A DNA stretch of 64,000 nt from an uncultured Syntrophomonas sp. (GTDB lineage Bacteria; Bacillota; Syntrophomonadia; Syntrophomonadales; Syntrophomonadaceae). The notes beneath the pieces are model-generated. The model had not been told where the DNA came from and searched no databases. It saw only the letters and a program-made list of their open reading frames with translations. The position numbers were made by a program, and so were the translations under genes. The stretch covers positions 10,988-74,987 of the forward strand of contig CAZBSD010000004.1 of NCBI GenBank assembly GCA_964494735.1, written 5' to 3'. The first letter of the stretch is position 1. Each line of letters starts with the position of its first letter. Shown here piece by piece: positions 40,022 to 48,940 of this stretch.

Positions 40022-41029
40022 CTAATCCGCCTCCTTAACTGCATCGATGATCCTGATGATGTTTACGTCAGTTGGGCAGACGATTATACATCTTCCGCAA
40101 CCGGTGCACAGAGGAGTACCATAGCGTTCCTGGAAGAATTCCAGTTTGTGCAGGAAGCGCTGCCGGAACCGTTCTTTGCCAGCCCCGCGCGGATTACCGC
40201 CCCCAGCCTCCCGGGTGTACTCTTCGAACATACATGAGTCCCAGGCCCGGAACCGGTAACCCTTCTCGCCCCACATCTTGACCTGAATGTCAAAACAGTA
40301 GCAGGAGGGACAGACGTAGGTGCACATGCCGCAATTTATACAAGGCTCGGACATCTTGTCCCAGATGGGATGTTCAAACGTATCCTTGAGTTTCTCAGCT
40401 ACCCCGCTGTAATCCACCTGTTGGGTGAACGGCTGGGCGGCCGGCAGCTTGACATCCTTATCCTCCAACAATCCTGCCAACTGACCAGTGACTGTTTCAC
40501 CCTTGGCGGTCTTGGCCTCCCAGATGAAATAGTCGCCCCCATCCCGGATGATGACATCGGCTCCGGCCGGTTCCAGATGGTCAACCTCCATGGCATTGCA
40601 GAAGCAATTGGGCCCTGGTGCGTAGCAAGCGTTGGCGATGATGATATTATTACTGCGCCGCGCCTGATAAAAACTATCGATGAAACCACGGGTCAGGAAC
40701 ACCTCATCCATGGCCAATATACCTTTGACATCACAGCCCCGGGCTCCAAAAATGAGGGTGGGGTGATTATCTTCAAAGGTCTGGTCGATTTTGATCGCCA
40801 TTCCCTCGCCCTGAATACCGTACATCTTCTCGGTCTGGGGCAGAACCACGTTTTTCGGGGATTGGTAGACGTTTAGCGCTTCCAGCATCAGTTCATCCCG
40901 ATCGGTCTGGAAACTGGCCCAGCTGAAATAGCCACTCTGCCCGCCCCTCTGCAGCGGTACAAAGACCTCCTGCTGGTCACTCAGTTTATTCAATGCTTCG
41001 GTAAGCTTGCTTTTACTTAAAATCTTCAT
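40022..41029 (-). CDS. flxB: 4Fe-4S dicluster protein (FlxB; AsrA/HydB-like)
   Basis: The C-terminal clusters read CINCGMCTYVCPSCYC and CTGCGRCIIVCP. Start placed at ATG 41029 (SD GGGGGTGG 8 nt upstream). The GTG at 41041 is an alternative. Confidence 0.8.
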   Translation of the reverse strand: MKILSKSKLTEALNKLSDQQEVFVPLQRGGQSGYFSWASFQTDRDELMLEALNVYQSPKNVVLPQTEKMYGIQGEGMAIKIDQTFEDNHPTLIFGARGCDVKGILAMDEVFLTRGFIDSFYQARRSNNIIIANACYAPGPNCFCNAMEVDHLEPAGADVIIRDGGDYFIWEAKTAKGETVTGQLAGLLEDKDVKLPAAQPFTQQVDYSGVAEKLKDTFEHPIWDKMSEPCINCGMCTYVCPSCYCFDIQVKMWGEKGYRFRAWDSCMFEEYTREAGGGNPRGAGKERFRQRFLHKLEFFQERYGTPLCTGCGRCIIVCPTDVNIIRIIDAVKEAD

Positions 41030-41044
41030 CTTCTCTGCCACCCC

Positions 41045-41950
41045 CTACAAAAAGCTGTCCGGGTCATCGATGCGGTAGACACTCAAAGGGGGTTTGGACC
41101 CTTCCACGTATTGCATACCCGCTTCCGCTCCGCCATATAGCGCGCCAACATCCTTGATCATCTTTTGGTTCAATAGCATCAAGGGGATGTTGACCGGGCA
41201 GACCCGTTCACACTCGCCGCACTCGATGCAGCGCCCCGCCATGTGAGCATGTTTGACCAGGTGGTACATCATGTTATCGGTGGTGCTGTTCTCCCGGCCT
41301 ACCCATTGCGGTTTCATCTCGTCGAAAATGCAGGTGCGGCAGTCGCAGGCCACGCAAACCTGGCGGCAGGCATAACATCGTATGCAGGTGGACAGTTTAT
41401 CCTCCCAGAACTTATAGCGCTCGTCGGCCGACATCTGCTCCAGTTCTTTCACCCGGGCGAAGCGATCCCCTTGCTGGCGGGGGCTTTGGGCTGGTCCGAT
41501 GATCTCGTCGTAGATAACCGGGTTGGGCTGAATACAATCGAGGCATTTCTGAGCCAATCCATCCGCTTCCGCTTTCTGGCTGAACCCGCCATAGTTGCGG
41601 GCTGCCGCCAAGGGATCCTTAAGGCCCGGACAGGGGATCCCCACTATATATAATCTATCCCGTTTGATCTGCAGGTCTTCCAGCAATCTGACCACCCCGC
41701 GGGAATCGCAGCCTTTGACGGCGATCCCTATCCGCTCATGGCCATCACGGAATTTGAGCAGGGAATTGGATACGTTGTATATGCTGTATTCATTGAAAAC
41801 TATATTCTTAACATCCTCTTTACTGCGGGCTACGTAAGATTTGGTTTGAAACTCCTTCTCACCCTTCTCCCAGGCCAGGAAAATATCTATCTTGGCTTCA
41901 TCGAAAAGGCGGGCCGCAATAGCCTGGATCTTATCGGTCATTTCTTTCAT
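41045..41950 (-). CDS. flxC: Fe-S protein (FlxC; FrhB/4Fe-4S ferredoxin-like)
   Basis: Motifs CIRCYACRQVCVACDCRTC and CIECGECERVCP. Its ATG overlaps the flxD stop (ATGA). Confidence 0.75.
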   Translation of the reverse strand: MKEMTDKIQAIAARLFDEAKIDIFLAWEKGEKEFQTKSYVARSKEDVKNIVFNEYSIYNVSNSLLKFRDGHERIGIAVKGCDSRGVVRLLEDLQIKRDRLYIVGIPCPGLKDPLAAARNYGGFSQKAEADGLAQKCLDCIQPNPVIYDEIIGPAQSPRQQGDRFARVKELEQMSADERYKFWEDKLSTCIRCYACRQVCVACDCRTCIFDEMKPQWVGRENSTTDNMMYHLVKHAHMAGRCIECGECERVCPVNIPLMLLNQKMIKDVGALYGGAEAGMQYVEGSKPPLSVYRIDDPDSFL

Positions 41951-42381
41951 TGCGCATCCCTCAACTTTCGATTGGGTCCCATCTTCTTGACATCGGCGAC
42001 CAGTTTGGCCATGGTCTCCTGGAACTTGATACCTTCCGCCCCGGATATCCAGGAAACCTGGTATCTATCCGGCTCGATGCCGATAAATTCCATCAGGCTC
42101 TTCATCACCGTCTGGCGGCGGCGCTGATAGTAATTGCCACTACCATAGTGGCAGTCGCCCGGGTGTCAGCCCGACAACAGCACCCCGTCCACCCCACGGT
42201 TGAAGGCCCGCAAGACCAGCATCGGGTCCATGCGCCCTGAACAGGGGGTACGGATAATGCGTACATCGGCTCCATATTCAAGGTGGTTCAGACCGGCCAG
42301 GTCCGCGGCCGCGTAGGAACACCAGTTGCACGCAAACACGATGATCTTGGGCTCCCAGCCCCCTTTGGCATCTATAGACAT
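41947..42381 (-). CDS. flxD: MvhD/FlxD-like [2Fe-2S] protein, selenocysteine-containing (UGA 42166..42168 read as Sec)
   Basis: The ORF track stops at TGA 42166..42168 after ..GVDGVLLSG. My translation continues in frame: U-HPGDCHYGSGNYYQRRRQTVMKSLMEFIGIEPDRYQVSWISGAEGIKFQETMAKLVADVKKMGPNRKLRDAQ, ending at stop 41947..41949. The TGA sits exactly where MvhD proteins have the Cys of GCHxGDCHY. Confidence 0.8.
42136..42152 (-). other. candidate bacterial SECIS hairpin for flxD
   Basis: The minus strand reads GCCACTA-TGG-TAGTGGC, a perfect 7-bp stem with a GG-containing apical loop. It starts 13 nt after the UGA (17th nt counting from the U). Confidence 0.55.
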
Positions 42382-44363
42382 AATGCATCCACCTCCGCTA
42401 CCAATTGGTCATTGCTAAAGCCCTTCAGATTCAGGGCCAGGGTACGGCAGGCGGGCAGACAGGAGCCGCATCCCTGGCACAGGCTGTTGTTGATAACCGC
42501 CACCTGGCGGGTAAAAGGACCATGGCCGTGTCCGCCCCGCTCCTGGTACTCCTGCAGGGAGATAGCTGTATACGGGCATATCGGCACGCACAGACCACAT
42601 CCGGAACACTTGCTGATGTCTACCTCGGACACCATCGGTTCGGTGGCCAATTCGGTCTTGGACATGAGTCCCAGCACCTTCACGGCTGCCCCGCTGGCCT
42701 GGGCTACGGTATCGGGTATGTCCTTGGGGCCCTGGCAGGTGCCGGCCAGGTATACCCCGGCAGCAAAGGTTTCCACCGGCTGCAGCTTGGGATGGGCCTC
42801 CTGGAACCACCCGTCCTTGTCGACTGAGAAACCGACCATCTTGGCCAGTTCGGTCGCTCCGGCCGCAGGAACCATGGCCGAAGCCAGGACCACCATATCA
42901 GCCTCGACTTCTAGGGGCATACCCATCAAGGTATCTTCGGATTTCAGGATCAATTTATCTCCGCGGGGATAGATCTTGCTGACCCGGCCGCGGATATATT
43001 TGGCGCCGGCATTCAAAGCCCGCTGGTAAAACTCTTCGTAGTTCTTGCCGGCAGTGCGGACGTCCATATAGAAAACATAGGCTTCGCTGTTCTCGATCTT
43101 GGTCTTGACCTGGTAAGCATGCTTGGCGGTATACATACAGCAAGCCCGGGAACAATAACTCTTGCCTTTGGTATCATCGCGGGAGCCCACGCATTTTATG
43201 AAAGCAATATTCTTGGGCTCCTTGCCGTCGGAGGGACGCAGAATCTGTCCTCCGGTTGGTCCGCCAGCCGAAACCAGCCTTTCGAATTCCAGTCCGCTGA
43301 TTACATCGGGGTACTTGCCGTAACCATATTCACCATAGGCGGATTTCCAATCGAATTGGTCATAGCCGGTAGCCATGACGATAGCCCCGATGTCCAGCTC
43401 CTTATATACCACCATGTCCTGGAATCTGATGGCGTCGGTGGGGCATACCTTTTCGCATATGCCGCACTTGCCGCTGGTCAGCTTGGTGCAGGTAGCCGCA
43501 TCTATATACGGCTTGCCGGGCACCGCCTGGGGAAACAGTTTGTGGATGGCAGTCCTTTTGCCCATACCGAAATCAAACTCGTCGGCTACCTTCTTGGTCG
43601 GACATTTATCGATGCAGGTACCGCAGCCGGTACATAAATCCCAATCTACATATTTAGGCTTCTGTTTAACAGTAACTTTGAAGTTGCCTATATATCCTTT
43701 GACATCGGTTACTTCTGAATAGGTCATCAGTTCGATGTTAGGGTGCTGCGCCGCAGCCACCATCTTGGGAGTGCCAATTCAGGCGGCACAGTCCATAGTG
43801 GGGAAGGTTTTGTCCAGCTGGGTCATCTTCCCGCCGATGGACGCCTCTCTTTCCACGATGATCACCTGGTGCCCGCCCTCGGCTATATCCAGGGCGGCCT
43901 GCATGCCGGCGATACCTCCGCCAATCACCAAAGCTCGTTTGGTAATAGGAACGGTAGAGACCTGCAGGGGTTTGTTGTGCAAGGCCTTGGCTACCGCCAT
44001 CCGCAACAGCGATTTAGCCTTGGCAGTAGCCTGCGATTTGTCGTGATGGACCCAGGAGTCCTGCTCCCGTATGTTGACCATCTCCATCATATAGGCATTC
44101 AAACCGCCAGCCGCAGTGGCTTTGCGAAAAGTCGGTTCATGCATGCGCGGTGAACAGGATGCCACCACCACCTGCTCCAGTTTGTGCTCCGCGATAGCGC
44201 TGCGGATCAGTTCCTGGCCAGGATCTGAACACATGTACTTATAGTTGGTGGAATAGACCACCCCCGGCAAAGTCTTGGCAAATTCCGCCACTTGTACCGT
44301 ATCGACCGTAGCTGCGATATTGGTGCCGCACTCGCAAACAAATACCCCAACTCGCTTTTTCAT
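42372..44363 (-). CDS. hdrA: heterodisulfide reductase subunit A (HdrA), selenocysteine-containing (UGA 43779..43781 read as Sec)
   Basis: The ORF track gives two in-frame pieces, 43779..44363 and 42372..43763. The junction reads ..KTFPTMDCAA-TGA-IGTPKMVAAAQHPNIEL. It aligns with the HdrA motif FPT.DC..C.L.PKM, with the TGA at the second Cys. GGGIAGMQAALD is the FAD motif. Several 4Fe-4S motifs lie downstream. Confidence 0.85.
43742..43761 (-). other. possible SECIS hairpin for hdrA
   Basis: The minus strand reads GGTGGCTGC-GGC-GCAGCACC, an 8-bp stem with one bulged G. It begins 17 nt after the UGA (21st nt counting from the U). It is less clean than the flxD hairpin. Confidence 0.35.
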
Positions 44364-44430
44364 CTCTCCGTCTCCCTCCTGGTTGGACTGTGTAACCCTC
44401 TATAATAAGCCCATGCCAATCGTAATTGGA

Positions 44431-45741
44431 CTAGTCCTGGCATTCACCTTGTCTCTTCAGTTCCTGTTGTACAAAGGCGGCCGCCGCCTTTTTGGCCAAT
44501 TCCATATCCCGGGCCATCAGATTAGCCAACTTGCCTATCCGCTTCTCATCCAGGATCGACACTAATATACCAGCCTGGGCCGGGTCGGCCACCAGTTTAA
44601 CCGCCATCTTATCGGGATTCTTGGTCAGAGCGGTGACAAAAGCGTCCACCTTCTTCTGGTCAGGCTCGGCAGTAGCCGCCGGCTTGGCGGGCTTGCCCTG
44701 GGCTGCCCCGCTGACCTCTCCTCCCTCCGGGCTCTCGCCGGCTGCACTGGCCTTGGCGGCTGCTTTGGCGGCTGCCGCCGCTCTGGCCGCTGCGGCCGCT
44801 TCAGCTTTGGCCCGGGCCTTCTGGGCCGCTTCCTGGGCTGCCTTTTCAGCTGCCGCTCGGGCTTCTGCTCCCCGGACCTCTATCATCTTCAAATACTGGC
44901 CAGCTTCTACGAAGTGCTTCTCCAACCCCACTTGTTGAGGCTGGTCACCACAAGCCAGGGCCAGCAGTTCGGTCACGTAATAGACCGGCAAATCGAATTT
45001 CTCCCCGAACTGTTTCTCGATTGCGGCCTGGCGCATATCTAAATTCAACATACATAGCGGACAAGCTGTGACAATGCATTCCGCTCCTGATTCTTTGGCG
45101 TCCTTCAATACCCGGTACAGCATCGTCATCCCCACATCAGGCCGGGAGGTAACCAGGGCTGCTCCGCAACATTCAGTCTTATGGGACCATTCCACCGGAT
45201 CTGCTCCCAGGGCCTTCATTATCTGGTCCATCGACTGGGGATCTTCCGGATCGTCAAAACCGGTGTGCTCCGCCGGCCTTACCAGCAGGCAGCCATAGTA
45301 GCTGGCCGCTTTCATGGTGGTCCAGGGTTTGGTCACCTTGGCCGCGATGGCATCGATGCCGATCTTGTTGACCAGCACATCCAGGATGGAAAGGGTCTCG
45401 GTATTGCCGGCCAATTCCATCTCCAGCACCTGCTCTACTTTTTGGCGCATCTCCGGGTCATGCTGGATTGTGTGTTCGGCGTACCGGTGGCGGCTGTAAC
45501 AAGCTGCACAAGGGGAGATTATCATATTTAGACCGCTCTTCTCGGCGATGGCCAGATTGCGGGCGGGCAGAGCCACCGACAATAATTTGTCGGTATTGTG
45601 ACCGGAGGTTGCTCCGCAGCAATTCCAGTCCTCCAGTTCTTCCATCTTGAAATCCATTATGTGCGCGGTTCTCTCCATCGACATATGGTACTCGATACCG
45701 CTGCCCTCAGATGCACATCCCGGATAATAGGCAAATTTCAT
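44431..45741 (-). CDS. hdrB: heterodisulfide reductase subunit B (HdrB) with a ~145-aa C-terminal extension
   Basis: Two CCG domains (NCCGAT.., ECCGAAL..; PCAACY, CPLCMLNLD). After about residue 290 comes an Ala/Lys/Glu low-complexity stretch and then a ~65-aa terminal segment. Confidence 0.85.
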   Translation of the reverse strand: MKFAYYPGCASEGSGIEYHMSMERTAHIMDFKMEELEDWNCCGATSGHNTDKLLSVALPARNLAIAEKSGLNMIISPCAACYSRHRYAEHTIQHDPEMRQKVEQVLEMELAGNTETLSILDVLVNKIGIDAIAAKVTKPWTTMKAASYYGCLLVRPAEHTGFDDPEDPQSMDQIMKALGADPVEWSHKTECCGAALVTSRPDVGMTMLYRVLKDAKESGAECIVTACPLCMLNLDMRQAAIEKQFGEKFDLPVYYVTELLALACGDQPQQVGLEKHFVEAGQYLKMIEVRGAEARAAAEKAAQEAAQKARAKAEAAAAARAAAAAKAAAKASAAGESPEGGEVSGAAQGKPAKPAATAEPDQKKVDAFVTALTKNPDKMAVKLVADPAQAGILVSILDEKRIGKLANLMARDMELAKKAAAAFVQQELKRQGECQD

Positions 45742-46311
45742 TTACTCTTCCCCCCTGAACTGCTCGACCCGCTCAAAGATCTTCTTCATTTCCTGGCGCC
45801 CTTTTATCATATGCGGCAAGGGACTCGCTTTACCCCGCTGCAGCATTGGCAATCCCAATTCCATGTCTTTTAACGGCTGGCCGGTGGTAAGGTTGTATCG
45901 CAACAATAGACCCGCTTCAAATGTGCGGCCGAAATTCTTGACGTTGGATAAGAAGGCTTTATTGAAAGCAGCTACTTTCTTATCGGTTTTTCCGCGCTTT
46001 AAGGATTCCCGCCGCATGGTATCCATCAGTGATGCTATGTCAACCCCGCGCGGGCAGCGGCTCGAACAGGTCTCACAGGATGCGCATATCCAGATGCTGT
46101 TGCTATTCAACGCCATCTCAGCAAGTCCCAGCTGCAGCATACGGATTACCTGGCGGGGAGGGTAATCCATCGCAAACGCGGCCGGACATCCTGCCGTGCA
46201 TTTGCCGCATTGGTAACACAGGTTGACACTGGTGCCTGCTTCTTTTTCTAATTTGGCTATCAAAGACTTTTGCTTGTTATCGGTTGGAGACAGCAATACA
46301 GAATTCCCCAA
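45742..46311 (-). CDS. hdrC: heterodisulfide reductase subunit C (HdrC)
   Basis: Motifs CYQCGKCTAGCP and CASCETCSSRCP. Its stop abuts the hdrB ATG (TAAATG). Confidence 0.85.
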   Translation of the reverse strand: MGNSVLLSPTDNKQKSLIAKLEKEAGTSVNLCYQCGKCTAGCPAAFAMDYPPRQVIRMLQLGLAEMALNSNSIWICASCETCSSRCPRGVDIASLMDTMRRESLKRGKTDKKVAAFNKAFLSNVKNFGRTFEAGLLLRYNLTTGQPLKDMELGLPMLQRGKASPLPHMIKGRQEMKKIFERVEQFRGEE

Positions 46312-46399
46312 GAATCTCTCTCCCCTTTCAAATCCAAAGCTTCCTTATAAACACAAAAGTTCGACTAAAAGTCGACCTAAAAGGCCTAGAATGCAAATT

Positions 46400-46428
46400 A
46401 TTGTAACACATTTCGCCTTTATTGATAA
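46400..46428 (-). promoter_or_regulatory. candidate promoter of the hdrCBA-flxDCBA operon
   Basis: The minus strand reads TTATCA-17 nt-TACAAT with a TGT extension directly upstream of the -10. It lies about 90 nt upstream of the hdrC start. Confidence 0.4.
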
Positions 46429-46779
46429 CATTTTATTCTTGGAAAATCAGGTTGGCTATAGAAATGACGAAATCCGAAGTCGGCCCAGGCGCCGCCAAAT
46501 CAAAGACCATCTATTTGAGGAATATAATATACGTTTGTTTGGAAGTGGGTTGATTGGAGCCATGTCATTACCTAATTATTACAGAATAATACTCGTACAA
46601 ATGTGCACAATATACTCAGAAGCAGCGACGGTTGTAAGGAGTCGCGACAAAGGTTCAAGTCTCCGCAAGGGATAAATCTTGAATTGGATACCTTAAATCC
46701 TGCAAGGGATAACAACCAAAAAGCTGTTTCTTTAAAGGTCCGCCGGGAAAATTTACTGCCATCGTAAACACGATGACAA

Positions 46780-47247
46780 TTAAATGGAACCGGCGGATCT
46801 AATTTTACTCTGCTTTTTTAAAGCGGGAAAATAATAATAGAAAGACATTAGCGGCGGTATCAGGAATAGAAAGTAATAATAGAAGGGACGGTCCAGCCAG
46901 GTCCACACGGGCAGAAGTGAGATGAAAGGCAATAGCGGCGTGTCCCACAATTCCAAAATAAAAATGAAATAATAGGCAAACTGGGATACGACATCGAGTG
47001 ACAATAAAATCGATCCGGCCAGGAAATAGCCGGGCAGCTGCCATAACACCGCCACTGCCGCAACACCCGCGCGGCTGCACCTTTGGCGGCAGTATATCGC
47101 TTCTTTCCAGACCAGGTAAAGGTAGCAAAAACCCAGGATGAGATCCAGACCGGGAAAGTACATGGCCAGAGAAATAGCCAATATGGCGCTCAGTTGCAGG
47201 ATTAATGCCCGTAATAATGACCCCAGAATGTTAAATCCCCTTTTCAT
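46780..47247 (-). CDS. hypothetical integral membrane protein
   Basis: 155 aa with about five hydrophobic helices. It overlaps the upstream gene by 17 nt. No motif recognised. Confidence 0.55.
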   Translation of the reverse strand: MKRGFNILGSLLRALILQLSAILAISLAMYFPGLDLILGFCYLYLVWKEAIYCRQRCSRAGVAAVAVLWQLPGYFLAGSILLSLDVVSQFAYYFIFILELWDTPLLPFISLLPVWTWLDRPFYYYFLFLIPPLMSFYYYFPALKKQSKIRSAGSI

Positions 47248-47887
47248 ATAGGATGGTCACCCGTCGGCTGTTGGCCAGACTTTCGGGTGCGATCCACAAG
47301 TCGCCTATCTCGTCGAGGTTTATACCCTGGGCATCGTAAGCCCGCCAAATTATTTTGCTGCAATTCCACAATCTATCCCCACTCTTAAAGGCCAACGGAT
47401 AGAACATCTTTTTCTCCTGTTCCAAAGCCAACCTGACTGCCCTGGCTTTAACATCAGCGGGAGCATTGACCCGCAGCAGACATATCAAAGAATAATCCTC
47501 ATAAGTGCGCACGTCCTGGACACTCAAACCATAATCCACGTATCCCTCCAACACCTCATCGCCGCCCAGATACAGCCCGGCATGTGAATAACGTCCATAG
47601 GCGGTATTGGGCCATCCGCCGAGGACTATATCGCCGGGCTCCAACCGGTCAAAAGGCACCGAACCCTGTATGGGAGCACCATAACCGGTCCCTATTTCAC
47701 CTTCCGCAAAGCTGGCCACATAAGTGTAGATGACCGATCCTGAACTCCGAGTGAGCAGGTGACGGTTGAACCCCATTACGATCATCAGCAGAATAAGCGC
47801 CAGCAAGGGAAAAATAGTTATTCGCGCCCTATCGTTTACAAATATAAATCTGGCCCGGTAGTCTTTCACCGGCTTAACACCGCCCAT
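47231..47887 (-). CDS. YiiX-like permuted papain/NlpC-P60 superfamily protein
   Basis: TM anchor followed by GDIVLGG....YGRYSHAGLYLG..EVLE ... LWNCSKIIWRAY. The His comes before the Cys, as in permuted papain-like enzymes. The start at ATG 47887 is uncertain. Confidence 0.55.
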   Translation of the reverse strand: MGGVKPVKDYRARFIFVNDRARITIFPLLALILLMIVMGFNRHLLTRSSGSVIYTYVASFAEGEIGTGYGAPIQGSVPFDRLEPGDIVLGGWPNTAYGRYSHAGLYLGGDEVLEGYVDYGLSVQDVRTYEDYSLICLLRVNAPADVKARAVRLALEQEKKMFYPLAFKSGDRLWNCSKIIWRAYDAQGINLDEIGDLWIAPESLANSRRVTILYEKGI

Positions 47888-48029
47888 CCAGGTCGAGCCT
47901 GCTCTTTTTTGGTACCAACAAATACTAGGGCTAAGTTGCAAGTCCCGTGTCAAAAATTAGTATATAGGTTATAATCATGCCGAATTATGTTTTTTCCGAA
48001 TAGTTTATTGCCGCAAGGAGGATCGGGTC

Positions 48030-48920
48030 ATGAAAAAAAATAGCAAGATTCTTATTATAGTTCTAGTCATGATTATACTTGGCTCCCTGTCAGGCTGCAA
48101 ACCCACGCCGCTGCCGGGACCGGCTCCCAACGACATACCTGGAAACGACATAAGCGGCCCGGTGGACCCGACCCCCAATCCCCCGCCGGCTACACAACCT
48201 GAGCCGACTACACCGGAACCACTGCCCGCTTCTCCTGAAACCAAGACCCATTCCTGGTGGTTTACCCGCAATAAGCAGCATCAGATCACCACTGTAAACC
48301 AGGAAACCCTGCAGCTGCTCTCGCAATATAATGGTTTCTATGTGCTCCCCAATAACAGCAAGAAGATATATCTGACCTTCGACAATGGGTATGAATTGGG
48401 TTATACCGCCAAGATTCTGGATATACTGGATCGCCAGAAGGTCCAAGCCGCCTTCTTTATCACCGGTCAATTCATTGAAACTCAGCCGGGCCTGGTCCAG
48501 CGCATGAATGCCGCGGGCCACCTGGTGTGCAGCCATACCTGGAACCATCCTGATCTCAGTACTGTCTCCCAGGCGATTTTCAAACAGGAATTAGCCCGTT
48601 TGGAACAAAGATATACGGCCCTGACCGGAGATCAATTGGACCGTTATCTGCGGCCGCCGATGGGAAATTATTCAGCCACTTCATTGCGGTGGGCAAACGA
48701 ATTAGGCTACCGCACTGTTTTCTGGAGTATGGCTTTCCAGGATTGGGACCCCAGTAATCAGCCCGGGGCCGCTTATTCCTACCAGCATGTTATGGACAAC
48801 ATCCACCCGGGGGCAGTTATCCTCCTCCACGCGGTCTCCCAGAGCAACACTGAAGCCCTTGAAAAAATCATTACCGATCTGCGTGCCCAGGGTTATAATT
48901 TTAGTACGTTCAATCAATAA
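48030..48920 (+). CDS. pdaA: polysaccharide deacetylase, PdaA-like (delta-lactam-biosynthetic de-N-acetylase)
   Basis: Lipoprotein-like signal (LGSLSGC) and a Pro-rich linker. The NodB domain reads YLTFDNGYELGYT..ILDIL....V.AAFFITG......P.LV.RM...GH.V.SHTWNHPD. Confidence 0.8.
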   Translation: MKKNSKILIIVLVMIILGSLSGCKPTPLPGPAPNDIPGNDISGPVDPTPNPPPATQPEPTTPEPLPASPETKTHSWWFTRNKQHQITTVNQETLQLLSQYNGFYVLPNNSKKIYLTFDNGYELGYTAKILDILDRQKVQAAFFITGQFIETQPGLVQRMNAAGHLVCSHTWNHPDLSTVSQAIFKQELARLEQRYTALTGDQLDRYLRPPMGNYSATSLRWANELGYRTVFWSMAFQDWDPSNQPGAAYSYQHVMDNIHPGAVILLHAVSQSNTEALEKIITDLRAQGYNFSTFNQ

Positions 48921-48940
48921 GCTAGCCAGGAGTGCTGCAG

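Noticed and set aside
46652-46664. GGTTCAAGTCTCC, a T-loop-like string that might mark a tRNA (for example tRNA-Sec, given the two UGA-Sec genes)
   Set aside because: The flanking bases cannot form a T-stem. No acceptor or anticodon arms can be drawn.
46223-46675. 150-aa + strand ORF spanning the hdrC start and the long intergenic region
   Set aside because: It starts antisense inside hdrC, has a weak SD, and has a low-complexity, basic composition. The region is better explained as non-coding regulatory DNA.
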